Part shown: in pieces, positions 7,514 to 18,048 of the stretch
Position numbering within the stretch: position 1 is the stretch's first letter
How the letters are laid out: each line of letters opens with the position of its first letter
Source: Candidatus Eiseniibacteriota bacterium
GTDB taxonomy: Bacteria > Eisenbacteria > RBG-16-71-46 > JABDJR01
Assembly (NCBI GenBank): GCA_963783375.1
Contig: CAWANH010000028.1
Span: 1,472,001-1,536,000, forward strand
Reading direction: 5' to 3'
DNA length: 64,000 nucleotides
Program-made: the position numbers and the translations under genes
Notes under the pieces: generated by a model
Seen by the model: only the letters and a program-made list of their open reading frames with translations
The model's database searches: none
Told to the model about the DNA's origin: nothing

Positions 7514-10500
7514 ATGAAATTTCAGCCAGCGTTCCTGTGGATCTCTCTCGCCGTGCTCGGGCTGGGCGCCTGGATCGCGCCGCCGTGCGCGCGGGCCGAG
7601 GCTCCGCCCGCGGGGACCGTGCCCCGTCCCTGCTTCGTCCCCTCGCCCCCTCAGAAGCTGGGCCTCAACCGGCCGGTGGTGGAGGCCCCGTCGCCGTCCC
7701 GGATGGCGTCCGCCGCGGCCGGGATCGGCGGGCCGGCCTTCCACTACCACGACGACCACCTGACCGAGGCCGGCATCCAGCTCGGGACCGGGGATCCCTT
7801 TCCCCGGCAGGTCCACGCCATCGCCATCCTGGTAGACTTCGACGACGAGCCCATGGGGAGCGGGTTCAAGGATCAGGCCGCCGACTCCACCCAGCTCTAC
7901 TTCAAGCGCGTGCTCACCGACCTGGGTCAGATGTACGACGAGATGTCGGGGGGACAGCTCAGCGTCGACTGGGAGCTGACCGGGAAGGTCTACCGGCTCC
8001 CCCAGACCATGGCCTGGTACGGCCTCGACGACTCCATCGCCACCCGGGAGGCCGCCCTCTGTCAGGATGCGATCCGGGCCGCCGACCCCGACGTGGACTT
8101 CGGCCGGTACGACCGCTTCATCCTGTTCCATGCCGGGCCGGGCCAGGAGGCGGACATCAACGACGACTCGCGCGAGGAGATCTGGTCGGTCTTCTTCCGC
8201 CAGGTGGATTTCCAGTACTGGCTGGACACCCCCGACGCGGCGCGGGGCATCCGCACCATGGACACCGACGCCGGGGGGGACACGATCTACGTTCCCAACG
8301 TGGTGGTCCTGCCCGAGACGGAAACCCAGGACGGCTACGAGTTCGGCATCATGGGCACCACCGCCCACGAGTTCGGCCACAGCTTCGGGCTTCCCGACCT
8401 CTACGACACCACCGGACCCGCCGACTTCATCTTCGCCGACAGCCAGGGGATCGGCGCCTTCGGGCTCATGGGCTCGGGGATCTGGAACGACAACGGGTTC
8501 TTCCCGGCGGAGTTCTGCGCCTGGAGCAAGTTCTACATGGGGTGGCTCCGCCCCGCGGTGATCCGCCCCGACGGCGCGGGAGGAGAGCGATCGGTGGCGG
8601 TCCGGGCGGTGGAGATCGCGCGCCGGGACGGGGCGGTCCGGATCCCCATGGGTGGGGACGAGTACCTCCTCATCGAGAACCGGCTCCGCGACTACAACGG
8701 GAACGGGAAGTTCGACTTCAACGACGTGGACGGCGACTCCGTGTTCACCTTCTGGGGGGACGACTACCAGGGGGCCGAGCTCGATTACTACCTTCCCCGG
8801 AACATCGAGGGCCCATCCGGCCGGCTGTACGACGGTTCCGGGCTCCTCATCTGGCACATCGACGAGTCCATCGTCCGGGACCTCCTCTACTACAACCTGG
8901 TGAACGCGGACGCCCGGCACAAGGGAGTGGACCTGGAGGAGGCGGACGGGATCCAGGATCTCGACAAGCTGGAGTTCACTTTCGAAGCGTTCGGGGATGC
9001 CCGCGACTCCTATTGGGCTCCCAACGCCACCGAGTTCACGCCGGCCACCACGCCCAACACCGACGGCTATAACCACACCCGGACCGGGATCTGGATCACC
9101 GACATCTCGGCGCCGGCGGACACCATGACCCTGAAGGTGCGGTTCACCTCACCGGAGGGAGGCGCGACCGGCGACTTCAAGCCGGGTTGGCCCCGGGACC
9201 TGCCGGGGCGGGTGGGGAATTTCCAGCCCGTGACCGGGGACCTGAACGGGGACGGCCGGGTGGAGATCGTCGTCTCCGCCACCGACACCGCGGGGATCGG
9301 CGGACCGGTGATCCTGGGCGACGACGGGACCTCCTATTTTCAGCCGGGGGGGGCGCCGCGCCTGCTCTCCCACGGCCGCCTGCGCTCCGACCCGATCCTG
9401 GTCAACCTGGATCCGGACCGGGACCCCCATCCCGAGGTGGTGTGGGTGAGCGGGGACACCCTGTACGCCCTCGAGGGGGACGGGATGTTCCTGGGCTCCG
9501 ACGGAGCGACGGGACCCGACCCCGCCCCGTTCTACATCCTCCCCCCGGGAAGCGGCCGGGTGCATCTCACCGCGGGGAACCTCGACCGGCCCCTGGACGA
9601 CCGTCCCGAGATCCTGGTTTCGGCCCCGGCGGGAGCGGCGGCCGAGAGTACGGAAGTTCTGGCCGTGGCCTACGCCCCCGGGGCCGGGAGTTCACTGCGG
9701 ACCCGCGTCACCTACCCCGGCGACGCCTCACTCTCCAGCACCCTGGCCGACGAAGACGACGTGGATCGCGGGCTCATGGAGATCGCCACCTCGGTGAGGA
9801 CCGCCGGGGGCGGCTATCTGGCCGTGGCCCTTCTCTACGAGCACATCCAGCCGAACGGGCAGTACATCGCCGTTCCCTACAAGTATTCCTTCGGGGACAC
9901 CGTGGCTTTCAACGCGCCGGTGGTGGGGGACCTGAACCGCGACGGTCTGGACGATATCGTGGTGGTGGATTCCCGGGGCTGGCTCCACGCTCTCGACGTC
10001 AAGGTCTCCTCCAGCGACGGAATGACCAAGAACCTGAGGGATCCGGGCTACTTCCCGCCCGCGGGCTCCGACGACCACGCCGATTTCAACGAATTGGCCG
10101 GCTTCCCGGTGAAGTTCCGCACGGTCTACGAAGGCGAGGTGCTCCCTTCGGAGGACGCGGTGAGCCTGGCCGACCTGGACGGCGACGGCTATCTGGAGAT
10201 CCTGGCCTTCACCCCGCTCAACGTGCTCCACGTCTACAACTACAACGGGACCCCGGTTCTCTCCACCCCGACCCTCGTGCCGGGAGAGGACCGGTTCACC
10301 CGCCCGTTCCTTTCCCCCCTGGTGGCCGATCTGGGTAACGGCCTCGCGAACCAGCTTCTCCTCCCCCTGGCCGACGGCCAGGTCCGGGGTCACGACCCCC
10401 GGGGTCGCCCGCTTGCCGGGTGGGCATATCTCGGTGGCGGGGAAGAGGGGACGTATCCCGTCCTCACCGATCTCGACCAGGACGGCGTCCTGGACCTGGT

Positions 10501-11002
10501 GACCGTGGAGGACGTGACGGTGGCGGTTCCGTTCGAGAACGACCGGGGCGACGAATCGCCGGATGCGGTCAAGGTGGGCCGGGTGGTGGTCCGCGAGGTG
10601 GGGGCGGGAACCCCCGGAGGCGCCTGGCCGGTCTACCGCCACGACGCCCTCCGGTCGGGCCGGGCCGTGGCTCCCCAGACCGCGGGCGGGGAACCCCGCG
10701 GCAGCGGACTCTTCGATCAGGCCTTCGTGATGCCGAATCCGGCGGTGCGGAAGACCCCGGAGATCCACTACCGGGTGCGCTCCAACGTCCAGCGGGTGAC
10801 CATCGAGATCCACGACATGGCGGGGGAGAAGGTCCGAATACTGACCGGGACCGTCTATCCCAGCACGGACAACCTGGTGTCCTGGGACCTCACCAACGAG
10901 CGTGGGAACGGCGTGGCGCCGGGCCTCTACCTGGCGCGGGTCCAGGCCGAGGCGGGGAACCGGGTGGAGGTGAAGATGCTTCGGTTCGTGGTGGTGCGAT
11001 GA
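7514..11002 (+). CDS. Immune inhibitor A (M6) family metalloprotease with FG-GAP repeats and a FlgD-Ig/T9SS-like C-terminal domain
   Basis: Signal peptide, HAGPGQE, AHEFGHSFGLPDLYD, LMGSG and GLLIWHID. Repeated DLNGDG/DLDGDG. C-terminal PNP...IHDMAGEKVR...WDLTNERG..VAPGLYL. Confidence 0.9.
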   Translation: MKFQPAFLWISLAVLGLGAWIAPPCARAEAPPAGTVPRPCFVPSPPQKLGLNRPVVEAPSPSRMASAAAGIGGPAFHYHDDHLTEAGIQLGTGDPFPRQVHAIAILVDFDDEPMGSGFKDQAADSTQLYFKRVLTDLGQMYDEMSGGQLSVDWELTGKVYRLPQTMAWYGLDDSIATREAALCQDAIRAADPDVDFGRYDRFILFHAGPGQEADINDDSREEIWSVFFRQVDFQYWLDTPDAARGIRTMDTDAGGDTIYVPNVVVLPETETQDGYEFGIMGTTAHEFGHSFGLPDLYDTTGPADFIFADSQGIGAFGLMGSGIWNDNGFFPAEFCAWSKFYMGWLRPAVIRPDGAGGERSVAVRAVEIARRDGAVRIPMGGDEYLLIENRLRDYNGNGKFDFNDVDGDSVFTFWGDDYQGAELDYYLPRNIEGPSGRLYDGSGLLIWHIDESIVRDLLYYNLVNADARHKGVDLEEADGIQDLDKLEFTFEAFGDARDSYWAPNATEFTPATTPNTDGYNHTRTGIWITDISAPADTMTLKVRFTSPEGGATGDFKPGWPRDLPGRVGNFQPVTGDLNGDGRVEIVVSATDTAGIGGPVILGDDGTSYFQPGGAPRLLSHGRLRSDPILVNLDPDRDPHPEVVWVSGDTLYALEGDGMFLGSDGATGPDPAPFYILPPGSGRVHLTAGNLDRPLDDRPEILVSAPAGAAAESTEVLAVAYAPGAGSSLRTRVTYPGDASLSSTLADEDDVDRGLMEIATSVRTAGGGYLAVALLYEHIQPNGQYIAVPYKYSFGDTVAFNAPVVGDLNRDGLDDIVVVDSRGWLHALDVKVSSSDGMTKNLRDPGYFPPAGSDDHADFNELAGFPVKFRTVYEGEVLPSEDAVSLADLDGDGYLEILAFTPLNVLHVYNYNGTPVLSTPTLVPGEDRFTRPFLSPLVADLGNGLANQLLLPLADGQVRGHDPRGRPLAGWAYLGGGEEGTYPVLTDLDQDGVLDLVTVEDVTVAVPFENDRGDESPDAVKVGRVVVREVGAGTPGGAWPVYRHDALRSGRAVAPQTAGGEPRGSGLFDQAFVMPNPAVRKTPEIHYRVRSNVQRVTIEIHDMAGEKVRILTGTVYPSTDNLVSWDLTNERGNGVAPGLYLARVQAEAGNRVEVKMLRFVVVR

Positions 11003-11216
11003 CGGCGGAGGACACGATGAAGTGCTCCGCCGCGGCCGCGCCGGGAAGGTCCCCCGGCGCCGCGCGCACCGAGGTTCCGGATCATAGCGCGTTCCCGGCG
11101 GTTCCCCGCACCGCGCGGAATGCCTGCCTTAAACCCGCTCCATCGTCTAGACTGGGCGGCGTGACGGCCGGAGGCCCCCCCGGGGGCGATCCGGTCCGAC
11201 AACCTGGAGGTTCGGA

Positions 11217-12155
11217 ATGACACGACGCGTGGGGGCGATCGCCCTCGGTATCCTGGCTCTCTGCCTGATCACCGCTCCGCCGGCGGCTCTGGCCGCCGAC
11301 CCGGGGCTTACCGTGCTGAGCTTTCTCAAGCTCGGCGCCGGGGCACGGGCGGCCTCGATGGGGGACGCCTACGTGGCGGTGGCCAAGGACGCCAGCGCCG
11401 CCTACTGGAACCCCGCCGGCCTCCTGGGCATCGAGCGCAACGATGTGATGGGGGTCCACAACGCGTGGATCCAGGACCTCAACCATGAGTTCGTCGCCTT
11501 CGGGGCGCATCGGGGACGTCACGCGGTGGGGCTTTCGTTCATCGGGCTCTACACCCCCGATCTCGAACAACGAAACGACCAGGGGGACTTCACCGGTCAC
11601 TTCGGGTTCTCGGACAACGCTTTCGCCGTGTCCTACGCCTTCCAGGCCGCGGAGCGCGTGGGGGTGGGGGCCACCGCCCGCTACGTGAGGGAGTCCATCG
11701 TGGGAACCACCGACGGGGACTTCGCCCTCGACGGCCTGGCCTTCGACCTGGGCGGCACCTGGGACACCCCCTTGAACGGGGTGAGCGCGGGCGCGGCGCT
11801 CCGGAACCTCGGCGGGCAGCTCTCCTATAATTTCGCCAACGCGGGGAGATTCGATCTTCCCACCACCGTGCAGGCCGGTCTGGCCTTCCACCGCGCCGAC
11901 GTCCGGGGCGGGATGATCACCGTCTCCGGCGACGTCCTGGCGGTGAGCGGCGCCGACGCCTCGGTCCGGGTGGGCGCGGAGTACGCCTACCGCGGGGAGT
12001 TCATGGTGGGCGCCGGCTACAAGACCGGCCTCGAGAACGAGAACGTGAGCTTCGGGGTGGGCTACGAGAACGGAGTCCGTGTCCACTACGCCTTCACCCC
12101 GCTCTACGCCGACCTCGGAAACAGCCATCGCATCTCCCTCGGCTACGCCTGGTAG
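11217..12155 (+). CDS. PorV/PorQ-family outer-membrane beta-barrel protein
   Basis: FLKLGAGARAASMGDAYVAVAKDASAAYWNPAGL, C-terminal LGNSHRISLGYAW and a signal peptide. Confidence 0.85.
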   Translation: MTRRVGAIALGILALCLITAPPAALAADPGLTVLSFLKLGAGARAASMGDAYVAVAKDASAAYWNPAGLLGIERNDVMGVHNAWIQDLNHEFVAFGAHRGRHAVGLSFIGLYTPDLEQRNDQGDFTGHFGFSDNAFAVSYAFQAAERVGVGATARYVRESIVGTTDGDFALDGLAFDLGGTWDTPLNGVSAGAALRNLGGQLSYNFANAGRFDLPTTVQAGLAFHRADVRGGMITVSGDVLAVSGADASVRVGAEYAYRGEFMVGAGYKTGLENENVSFGVGYENGVRVHYAFTPLYADLGNSHRISLGYAW

Positions 12156-12171
12156 GCCCGGGAGTTCCGGG

Positions 12172-15100
12172 GTGCGCCGCCTCGCCCTCGCCCTGATCCT
12201 CTGTGGGATCGCGGCGGGGGCGTTTCCATGGGTCACGCGCGGCCTCGGGGCGCCGCTTCCCCCCGATGTCCCCCGGGTCGTTCCCGGCGAGGTGGTGGTG
12301 ATCGGGCGGGAGACCGCGGGGAAGGCCGGGGTCCTCGGGCAGGACGCCCCGGGGATCTGGAAGGAGCGGGCGCGGGGGCTCGGGATTTCGGTGGCCGCGG
12401 TGAAGGCGGTGGCGCCGGCAGGTTCGGCGGGAGGGCGCGCGACGTTTCCGGGCGGGGCCTGGGTTCTCCGCTACGACGGCGCGGCTTCTCCCGAGGCGGT
12501 GGCGCGGCGGCTGGCCGCCGATCCCGCGGTGGCCTACGCCGGGCCGAACCACGTGCTGGCGACGACCGGGGGGATCCCGCCCCTCGCAGCCGCCCCCGAC
12601 GACTCGCTCTACTCCCAGCAATGGGCCCTTCCCGCGGTCCACGTTCCCGAGGCCTGGGACCGCACCCGGGGAGCCGGGGTCCTGATCGCGGTGATCGACA
12701 CCGGGGTCGAGCTCACCCATCCCGACCTGGCCGCGCGGATCGCGGTGAACGACGCCGAACGGGACGGGGAGCCCGGGGTGGACGACGACGGGAACGGCTA
12801 CGTGGACGACGTCCTCGGCTACGACTTCACCGATGCACCCGGTCTGCCCGGGACCGGGGACTACCTGGCCCGCGACCCCGACCCCACCGACGACTTCGGC
12901 CACGGAACCGCGGTGGCCGGGACGGCGGCGGCCACCCGCAACAACCGCATCGGGATCGCGGGGGTCGCTCCCGAAGCGCGGATCCTCGCGGTACGCGCGG
13001 GCTTTCGCACCACCCTGCCCTTTCTCCCCGCGATTCTCCAGGAGGACGACGCCGCCGCCGCGGTGATCTACGCCGCGGATCGCGGGGCGCGGGTGCTGAA
13101 CCTCTCCTGGGGCGACGTGGTGGACGCGCCGCTCATCCGGGCCGCGGTGGCCTACGCGGTCGACCGGGGGGCGCTGGTGGTGGCCAGCGCGGGGAACACC
13201 CCCGGCGACACCGCGTTCTATCCCGCCGCCTATCCGGGGGCGCTCTCCATCGGGGCCATCGGCTCCGATTTCCGGCGGGCGGGCTTCTCCACCTGGGGCC
13301 AGGACCTGGACCTCCTGGCCCCGGGAGTGCCGATTCTCACCACGGCCCTGGGCGGCGGCTACGCCAACACCGGGGGCACCTCCTTCAGCGCCCCCATGGT
13401 GGCGGGGGCCGCGGCCCTGGTGTGGAGCGTGTTTCCTTCTTGGACCGCGGAGGAGGTCGCCGCTCGCCTGCGACTCAGCGCGGGAGGTGCGGCGGAGGGA
13501 TGGACTCGCGAGAAGGGATGGGGGCTCCTCGACGCCGCCGGGGCCGTCGCCCCCGGCCCGGCTCCGCCGCTGGTGGGCTTCACCGGGGTGGATCGCCGCC
13601 CCGATGGGTTTCATCTTGCGGGCACGGTGAGCGCGGTATCGCTTTCCCGCTGGACCCTGACCGTCCTTCCCGAGGCCTCGGCGGAGGTCTCTCCGGCCGG
13701 CGGACCGGCGGACGATCTCCCGGGCGAGCGGGTGCTGGTCGCCGCATCCCCCCGCCAGGTCGTGGCGGAAGGCCTGGGGGTGTTCGTTCCCGCCGTCCTG
13801 GACACCGGGACCTGGGTGGTCCGCCTCCGGGCGTGGGTCGGGGGCCCGGTTCCCCTGGAGAAACGGTTGCGGTTCCGCGTCCCCCCCGCCGAGCTTCCGA
13901 TCGACGATCTGGTCCTGGAGCTTCAGGCTTCGGCGGATCGGGGCTGGGACGCGGTCGCCACCTGGCGGTCGTCCTCCCCCTACCAGGGGTCGGCGCGTCT
14001 GGCGGTGGGCGAGGTCGAGTCGGACTTCGCCCGTGAGGTCTCGGTGGCCACCCATCACGCGGTGAGACTCCGCGGGCCCATCCCGGTGGGGACGCACGAA
14101 GCGCGGATCTACGGGAGAGCGGGAGGGAGCGGAGAGGAGGCGCTCCTGGCCACCCGGACCCTCGAGGTTCCGCCGGCTCTCCAGACCGTGGATGCGGCCG
14201 GACTGGTTCGGACGCCGCCCGGCACCCCGATGCGGCGCGCGGTGGATTGGGACGGCGACGGCCTGCCCGAGTTCCTGGTCGAGGGGCCGCCGGCCGGGGG
14301 GGACCCCTACGGAACCGTGCGCCGGTTCGAATGGGCGGGGACGGTCCTCCCCCCCGCGGCGGTAGACTCCTCGTCCGGGCTTTTCACCGGCATCCCCGTG
14401 GACGCTGCCGATGCCGACGGAGACGGCCTGGCCGAGCTGGTGGTGTACCGGCTGGACGGCTGGAGCGTGTGGGAAGCGGAGCATCCCGGGGGGTTCCCGG
14501 ACCGGCCGATCTTCCAGCCGGGGATGGACGACGGCGTGCCGGTCGGCTTCGTCGACACTCCGGAGGGGGTGCGGCTTCTGGAGGTGGAGGAGAACCGCCT
14601 TCGTATCCTCCGGTCGGATCCGGTCGATGGCTACGTGGTGACCGCCGACGTGGCCGGGACCGGAGGGAGGCTGTCCACCCGGGGGACGGCGGCGGACCTG
14701 GACGGAGACGGCCGCCCGGAGGCGGTGTTCCCCGACGAGAACGGAGCCCTGGTGCTCTTCCGGCTCACCCCGGACGGAGCGGTGAGTCTCGGCGGCGCGA
14801 GCCCGCCCGGCCCCAGGATCCTCGCCGCGGTTTCGGTGTCGCGCGCCGGGCGCCGACCGGCCCTGGTCACCGCCGAGATCGATCCCTCGACCCCGGGCGC
14901 GGAGGGTGACCTGGAACGCGGGGCGGTCCGGGTGCGGCGATGGGGCTGGACGAGCCTGGGGCCTCTCCCCGGACCCTCGCTGGCCTTTGCGGGGCTCATC
15001 TCCGCACCGGAGCTGGAGCTACTGGCCTGGCCTCCCGCCCGGGACACGGATTCCTCGCGGGTGGTTCTCCGCCGCGGAAACCGGTACGACGCGGTCCGGA

Positions 15101-16350
15101 TCGAGGGGAACGGGCTTTCGTGGGAGCCGCTCTTCACCAGCGACCTGGCTCATGTGGAAGGGAGCGGGATCTTCCCGCATGGGGTCTCGGTGGGCGGCCG
15201 CACCGCGATCCCTCTCTGGACGGGGGCCACCACCGGGATCTCTTCCCCCGGCGAAGCCGTCGTGCTGGTGCCCGGAGGGACGGCGGGAGTGGGCGGCTCG
15301 CCGCTTCGCGTGGTGCGGGCCGGGCCGACCGCCGATTCCCGGCTGCGCCTCGTGGTGGAATGGGAGGAGGACGGATGCGCTCCCCTGGGCACGATCTACC
15401 GGAGCAGCAATGGGGACGGGTTCCGGGCGATCCCGGTCCCGGCGGGGGCGCGATCGGTGGTCGACACGGTGTCGCTGGGGGCGCGGGTGCGCTACGAGAC
15501 CCTGCTCGTCGACTGCGACCGGGCGCCGGCGATCCTCCTGGCGCGCGAGCCCCAGCGCCCGGTTCCGACCTGGCTCGCCCCCGGCCGGCTGGCCATCTCC
15601 TTCGACCCGCCGGTCGCGATGGGTCCGGAGGAGGTGCGGGTGTGGGTGGGGGGCGTCGGGGAACCCCCCGACGCGGCGCAGGTGGACCGGGACGGCGCCC
15701 GGATGCTGGTGTCTTTCAGCGGTCCCCCGCCGGACTCCCTGGAGGTGGTCGGGGCCTGGGACACGGACGGGCTCCCCCTGGGGGGTGCGGTTCGTGCGGT
15801 GTTCCCGGTGCCGGCGATACCGGCCGACGCCCGCCCGCCGGTGCTGGCGACGGTGGCCTACCGGAGCCGCGCGGAGGGGGGAGTGCTCGAGGTGACCCTG
15901 GGGGGAGGCCCCTTCGCCGCGTCCTGCCCGGAGCCCTTCCGGCTCGACCCGCCGGGGGAGCCCTTGGCCTACGAGGAGACCCCGGAACCGGGAACGCTTC
16001 GGATTCCGCTGGCCGCCCCCCTGGCTCCGGGGGCCTACACCCTGGCCTTTGCGCCGGATTGCCTGGCCGGGACGGCGGTGGGCCCGGGGCGGGAGCGCCG
16101 GTTTCTGGTGGGGTTGGCGGTCTATCCGAATCCGGTGCGGGCGGGCGCGGAGCTGACGGTGGAGAACGCGGACCCGGGGACCCGGGTGGAGCTTCTGGAC
16201 GTGAGCGGACGCCGGGGGTGGACCTGGCGGCTTGGGAGCGGGACGGACCGCCGGCCGATGACCGACACCGCCCCCGGGCTCTACTTCCTGCGGATCGAGA
16301 ACCCCGAGGGACGTCTCCAGGAAGTCCGGAAGCTCGTGGTGTTGCGGTAG
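12172..16350 (+). CDS. S8 subtilisin-like serine peptidase with FG-GAP repeats and a T9SS-like C-terminal domain
   Basis: Catalytic triad IDTG, HGTAVAG and GTSFSAP. DWDGDG/DADGDG/DLDGDG repeats. C-terminal YPNP...LLDVSGR...PGLYFLRI...KLVVLR. GTG start inferred. Confidence 0.88.
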   Translation: MRRLALALILCGIAAGAFPWVTRGLGAPLPPDVPRVVPGEVVVIGRETAGKAGVLGQDAPGIWKERARGLGISVAAVKAVAPAGSAGGRATFPGGAWVLRYDGAASPEAVARRLAADPAVAYAGPNHVLATTGGIPPLAAAPDDSLYSQQWALPAVHVPEAWDRTRGAGVLIAVIDTGVELTHPDLAARIAVNDAERDGEPGVDDDGNGYVDDVLGYDFTDAPGLPGTGDYLARDPDPTDDFGHGTAVAGTAAATRNNRIGIAGVAPEARILAVRAGFRTTLPFLPAILQEDDAAAAVIYAADRGARVLNLSWGDVVDAPLIRAAVAYAVDRGALVVASAGNTPGDTAFYPAAYPGALSIGAIGSDFRRAGFSTWGQDLDLLAPGVPILTTALGGGYANTGGTSFSAPMVAGAAALVWSVFPSWTAEEVAARLRLSAGGAAEGWTREKGWGLLDAAGAVAPGPAPPLVGFTGVDRRPDGFHLAGTVSAVSLSRWTLTVLPEASAEVSPAGGPADDLPGERVLVAASPRQVVAEGLGVFVPAVLDTGTWVVRLRAWVGGPVPLEKRLRFRVPPAELPIDDLVLELQASADRGWDAVATWRSSSPYQGSARLAVGEVESDFAREVSVATHHAVRLRGPIPVGTHEARIYGRAGGSGEEALLATRTLEVPPALQTVDAAGLVRTPPGTPMRRAVDWDGDGLPEFLVEGPPAGGDPYGTVRRFEWAGTVLPPAAVDSSSGLFTGIPVDAADADGDGLAELVVYRLDGWSVWEAEHPGGFPDRPIFQPGMDDGVPVGFVDTPEGVRLLEVEENRLRILRSDPVDGYVVTADVAGTGGRLSTRGTAADLDGDGRPEAVFPDENGALVLFRLTPDGAVSLGGASPPGPRILAAVSVSRAGRRPALVTAEIDPSTPGAEGDLERGAVRVRRWGWTSLGPLPGPSLAFAGLISAPELELLAWPPARDTDSSRVVLRRGNRYDAVRIEGNGLSWEPLFTSDLAHVEGSGIFPHGVSVGGRTAIPLWTGATTGISSPGEAVVLVPGGTAGVGGSPLRVVRAGPTADSRLRLVVEWEEDGCAPLGTIYRSSNGDGFRAIPVPAGARSVVDTVSLGARVRYETLLVDCDRAPAILLAREPQRPVPTWLAPGRLAISFDPPVAMGPEEVRVWVGGVGEPPDAAQVDRDGARMLVSFSGPPPDSLEVVGAWDTDGLPLGGAVRAVFPVPAIPADARPPVLATVAYRSRAEGGVLEVTLGGGPFAASCPEPFRLDPPGEPLAYEETPEPGTLRIPLAAPLAPGAYTLAFAPDCLAGTAVGPGRERRFLVGLAVYPNPVRAGAELTVENADPGTRVELLDVSGRRGWTWRLGSGTDRRPMTDTAPGLYFLRIENPEGRLQEVRKLVVLR

Positions 16351-16411
16351 GCCGTCGCCTGATTGGGCCATAACCCATTATCGATCAAAACAGTACCATT
16401 AATGCAGATAA

Positions 16412-16430
16412 GTGAATGATAATCATCCCC
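16412..16430. promoter_or_regulatory. Fur-box-like sequence in an AT-rich gap between convergent genes
   Basis: GTGAATGATAATCATCCCC, 14/19 match to GATAATGATAATCATTATC. Confidence 0.35.
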
Positions 16431-16479
16431 TCAAGAACAGATCAGTGTTTGCGTATAAGTGCAAGATGATCCGCGCGTC

Positions 16480-17250
16480 CTAGTCCTCCAGGGGCCAGGT
16501 CAGAAGCCGGAATCGCCCCTCCCGCAGTCGAACGCAGGTGAAGTTCCGGAACCAGTCCCCGAGGATCAGGAACTCCCCCAGGTCGCGCTCCCAGTGGATC
16601 GGGACGTGGTGGTGGCCCATGAGGACGGCGTCGGCCCCGGCGACGAGCTCGGGCGCCGCCACGGACTTGTAGAGTCCCTCCACATCCACGTCCCGGTCCC
16701 CGGTGTGCCCCCGGCTCACGTCCGAGCTCCGGAGTCCCAGGGGAATCCCCAGGTCGGGATGGATCCAGCGAAAGGCCCGGATGGCCAGGGGGTTTCGGAG
16801 CACCCGCTTCAGGATCTTGTATCCCACGTCACCCGGACCGAGTCCGTCCCCGTGAAACAGACGGGCCCGCCGGCCCTGGGCCAGGAGCAGGGTTCCGTCG
16901 GCCAGGACCTCGATCCCGGTCTCCCGCCGGAGGAAGTCGCACATCCAGAAGTCGTGGTTTCCCCCCAGGTAGCGGACGGGAAGAGCCCCTCGGGCCAGGG
17001 ATTCCAGCTGCGCCAGGGTGGCGAAGGCCGCCCGGGGGATGACCGTGCGATACTCGAACCAGAAATCGAAGAGATCGCCGAGGATGAAGAGCGCGGCGCC
17101 CTCGCGTTCCACCCGGGAAAGGAGCGCGGCGAAGCGCTCGCGCTTCACGGCCTCCCGGTCGGGGGGAGAGCCCCCGAGGTGGACGTCGCTCACGAAATAG
17201 AGGACCGGGCGCGATTCCTGGAGCGTGGGTGGGGAAGGAGGGGTCATCAT
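16480..17250 (-). CDS. lpxH: UDP-2,3-diacylglucosamine diphosphatase (LpxH-like)
   Basis: SDVHLG, LGDLFDFW, GGNHDFW, FHGDG, MGHHH and LGDW motifs. Confidence 0.85.
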   Translation of the reverse strand: MMTPPSPPTLQESRPVLYFVSDVHLGGSPPDREAVKRERFAALLSRVEREGAALFILGDLFDFWFEYRTVIPRAAFATLAQLESLARGALPVRYLGGNHDFWMCDFLRRETGIEVLADGTLLLAQGRRARLFHGDGLGPGDVGYKILKRVLRNPLAIRAFRWIHPDLGIPLGLRSSDVSRGHTGDRDVDVEGLYKSVAAPELVAGADAVLMGHHHVPIHWERDLGEFLILGDWFRNFTCVRLREGRFRLLTWPLED

Positions 17251-17539
17251 GTTCTCCGGGCCGGAGGCTATCACGAATGAGGCCCCGGCGGCCCGGGCAA
17301 TGGTGGCCGGCCCGATCCGGCGCGGGACGGTCCGGGTCCATCCGGGCGGCCGCGGGGGGTGTCCGGCCGCGGAACGGCCCGGGTCGCCCCCCGGAGGGCG
17401 GCCGAACGGCCCCGCGAGGGAACTTTCTGGAACGCCGTGGGATCGCCCCCGTATGATAGATGCACTACGGTGATCGAGGAACGGCCACGCAGAATGGCAG
17501 AATGGAAGGTCCGGGGTATCCGGACCGGAAAGCGATTTC

Positions 17540-18013
17540 ATGAGCGATCTCTGGGAACGGGTCAAGAAGACGGCCAGCGAAATCTACTCCACCGCGTCCG
17601 AGCGAACGGTGGAGGGGGTGAACCTCGGGGTGAAGCACCTCGACGTGGTCTCTCTCCGCCGCGACCTCTCGCGGGAGTTCACGGGACTGGGGGGCCGGGT
17701 CTACCAGCTGTTGCGCGGGGATCAGGCCGGGGACATCCCCGACGACCCCACCGTGCTCCACCACCTCCGGCGCCTCGAAGAGCTGGAGGAGCGCCTGGAG
17801 GAGCGGGAGGCGGAGATCCGCCGGATGCGCGAGGGCAAGCCCGAGCCGGCCGGAAGCGACTCCTCCGAGGCCTTGCCCCCTCAGGCCGATTCAGCCGAAA
17901 CCGAACCCCTCCGGGAAAGCGCCGCCTCCGATGAGGGGCCGGACCGCCCGGCGGCCGATACCCCCCCCTCCGGCGAGGGCGATCCGAACTTCACCGACCC
18001 CGACCGGAACTGA
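17540..18013 (+). CDS. Hypothetical coiled-coil protein with an acidic disordered tail
   Basis: GC3-biased ORF with helical/coiled-coil character, immediately upstream of degP. Confidence 0.7.
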   Translation: MSDLWERVKKTASEIYSTASERTVEGVNLGVKHLDVVSLRRDLSREFTGLGGRVYQLLRGDQAGDIPDDPTVLHHLRRLEELEERLEEREAEIRRMREGKPEPAGSDSSEALPPQADSAETEPLRESAASDEGPDRPAADTPPSGEGDPNFTDPDRN

Positions 18014-18048
18014 TTTCTTGTACCCCCACCCCTCGTCCGGAGAACATC

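Noticed and set aside
16448-16475. TTTGCGTATAA as the XerC arm of a dif site
   Set aside because: The sequence after the 6-bp spacer does not resemble the XerD arm TTATGTTAAAT.
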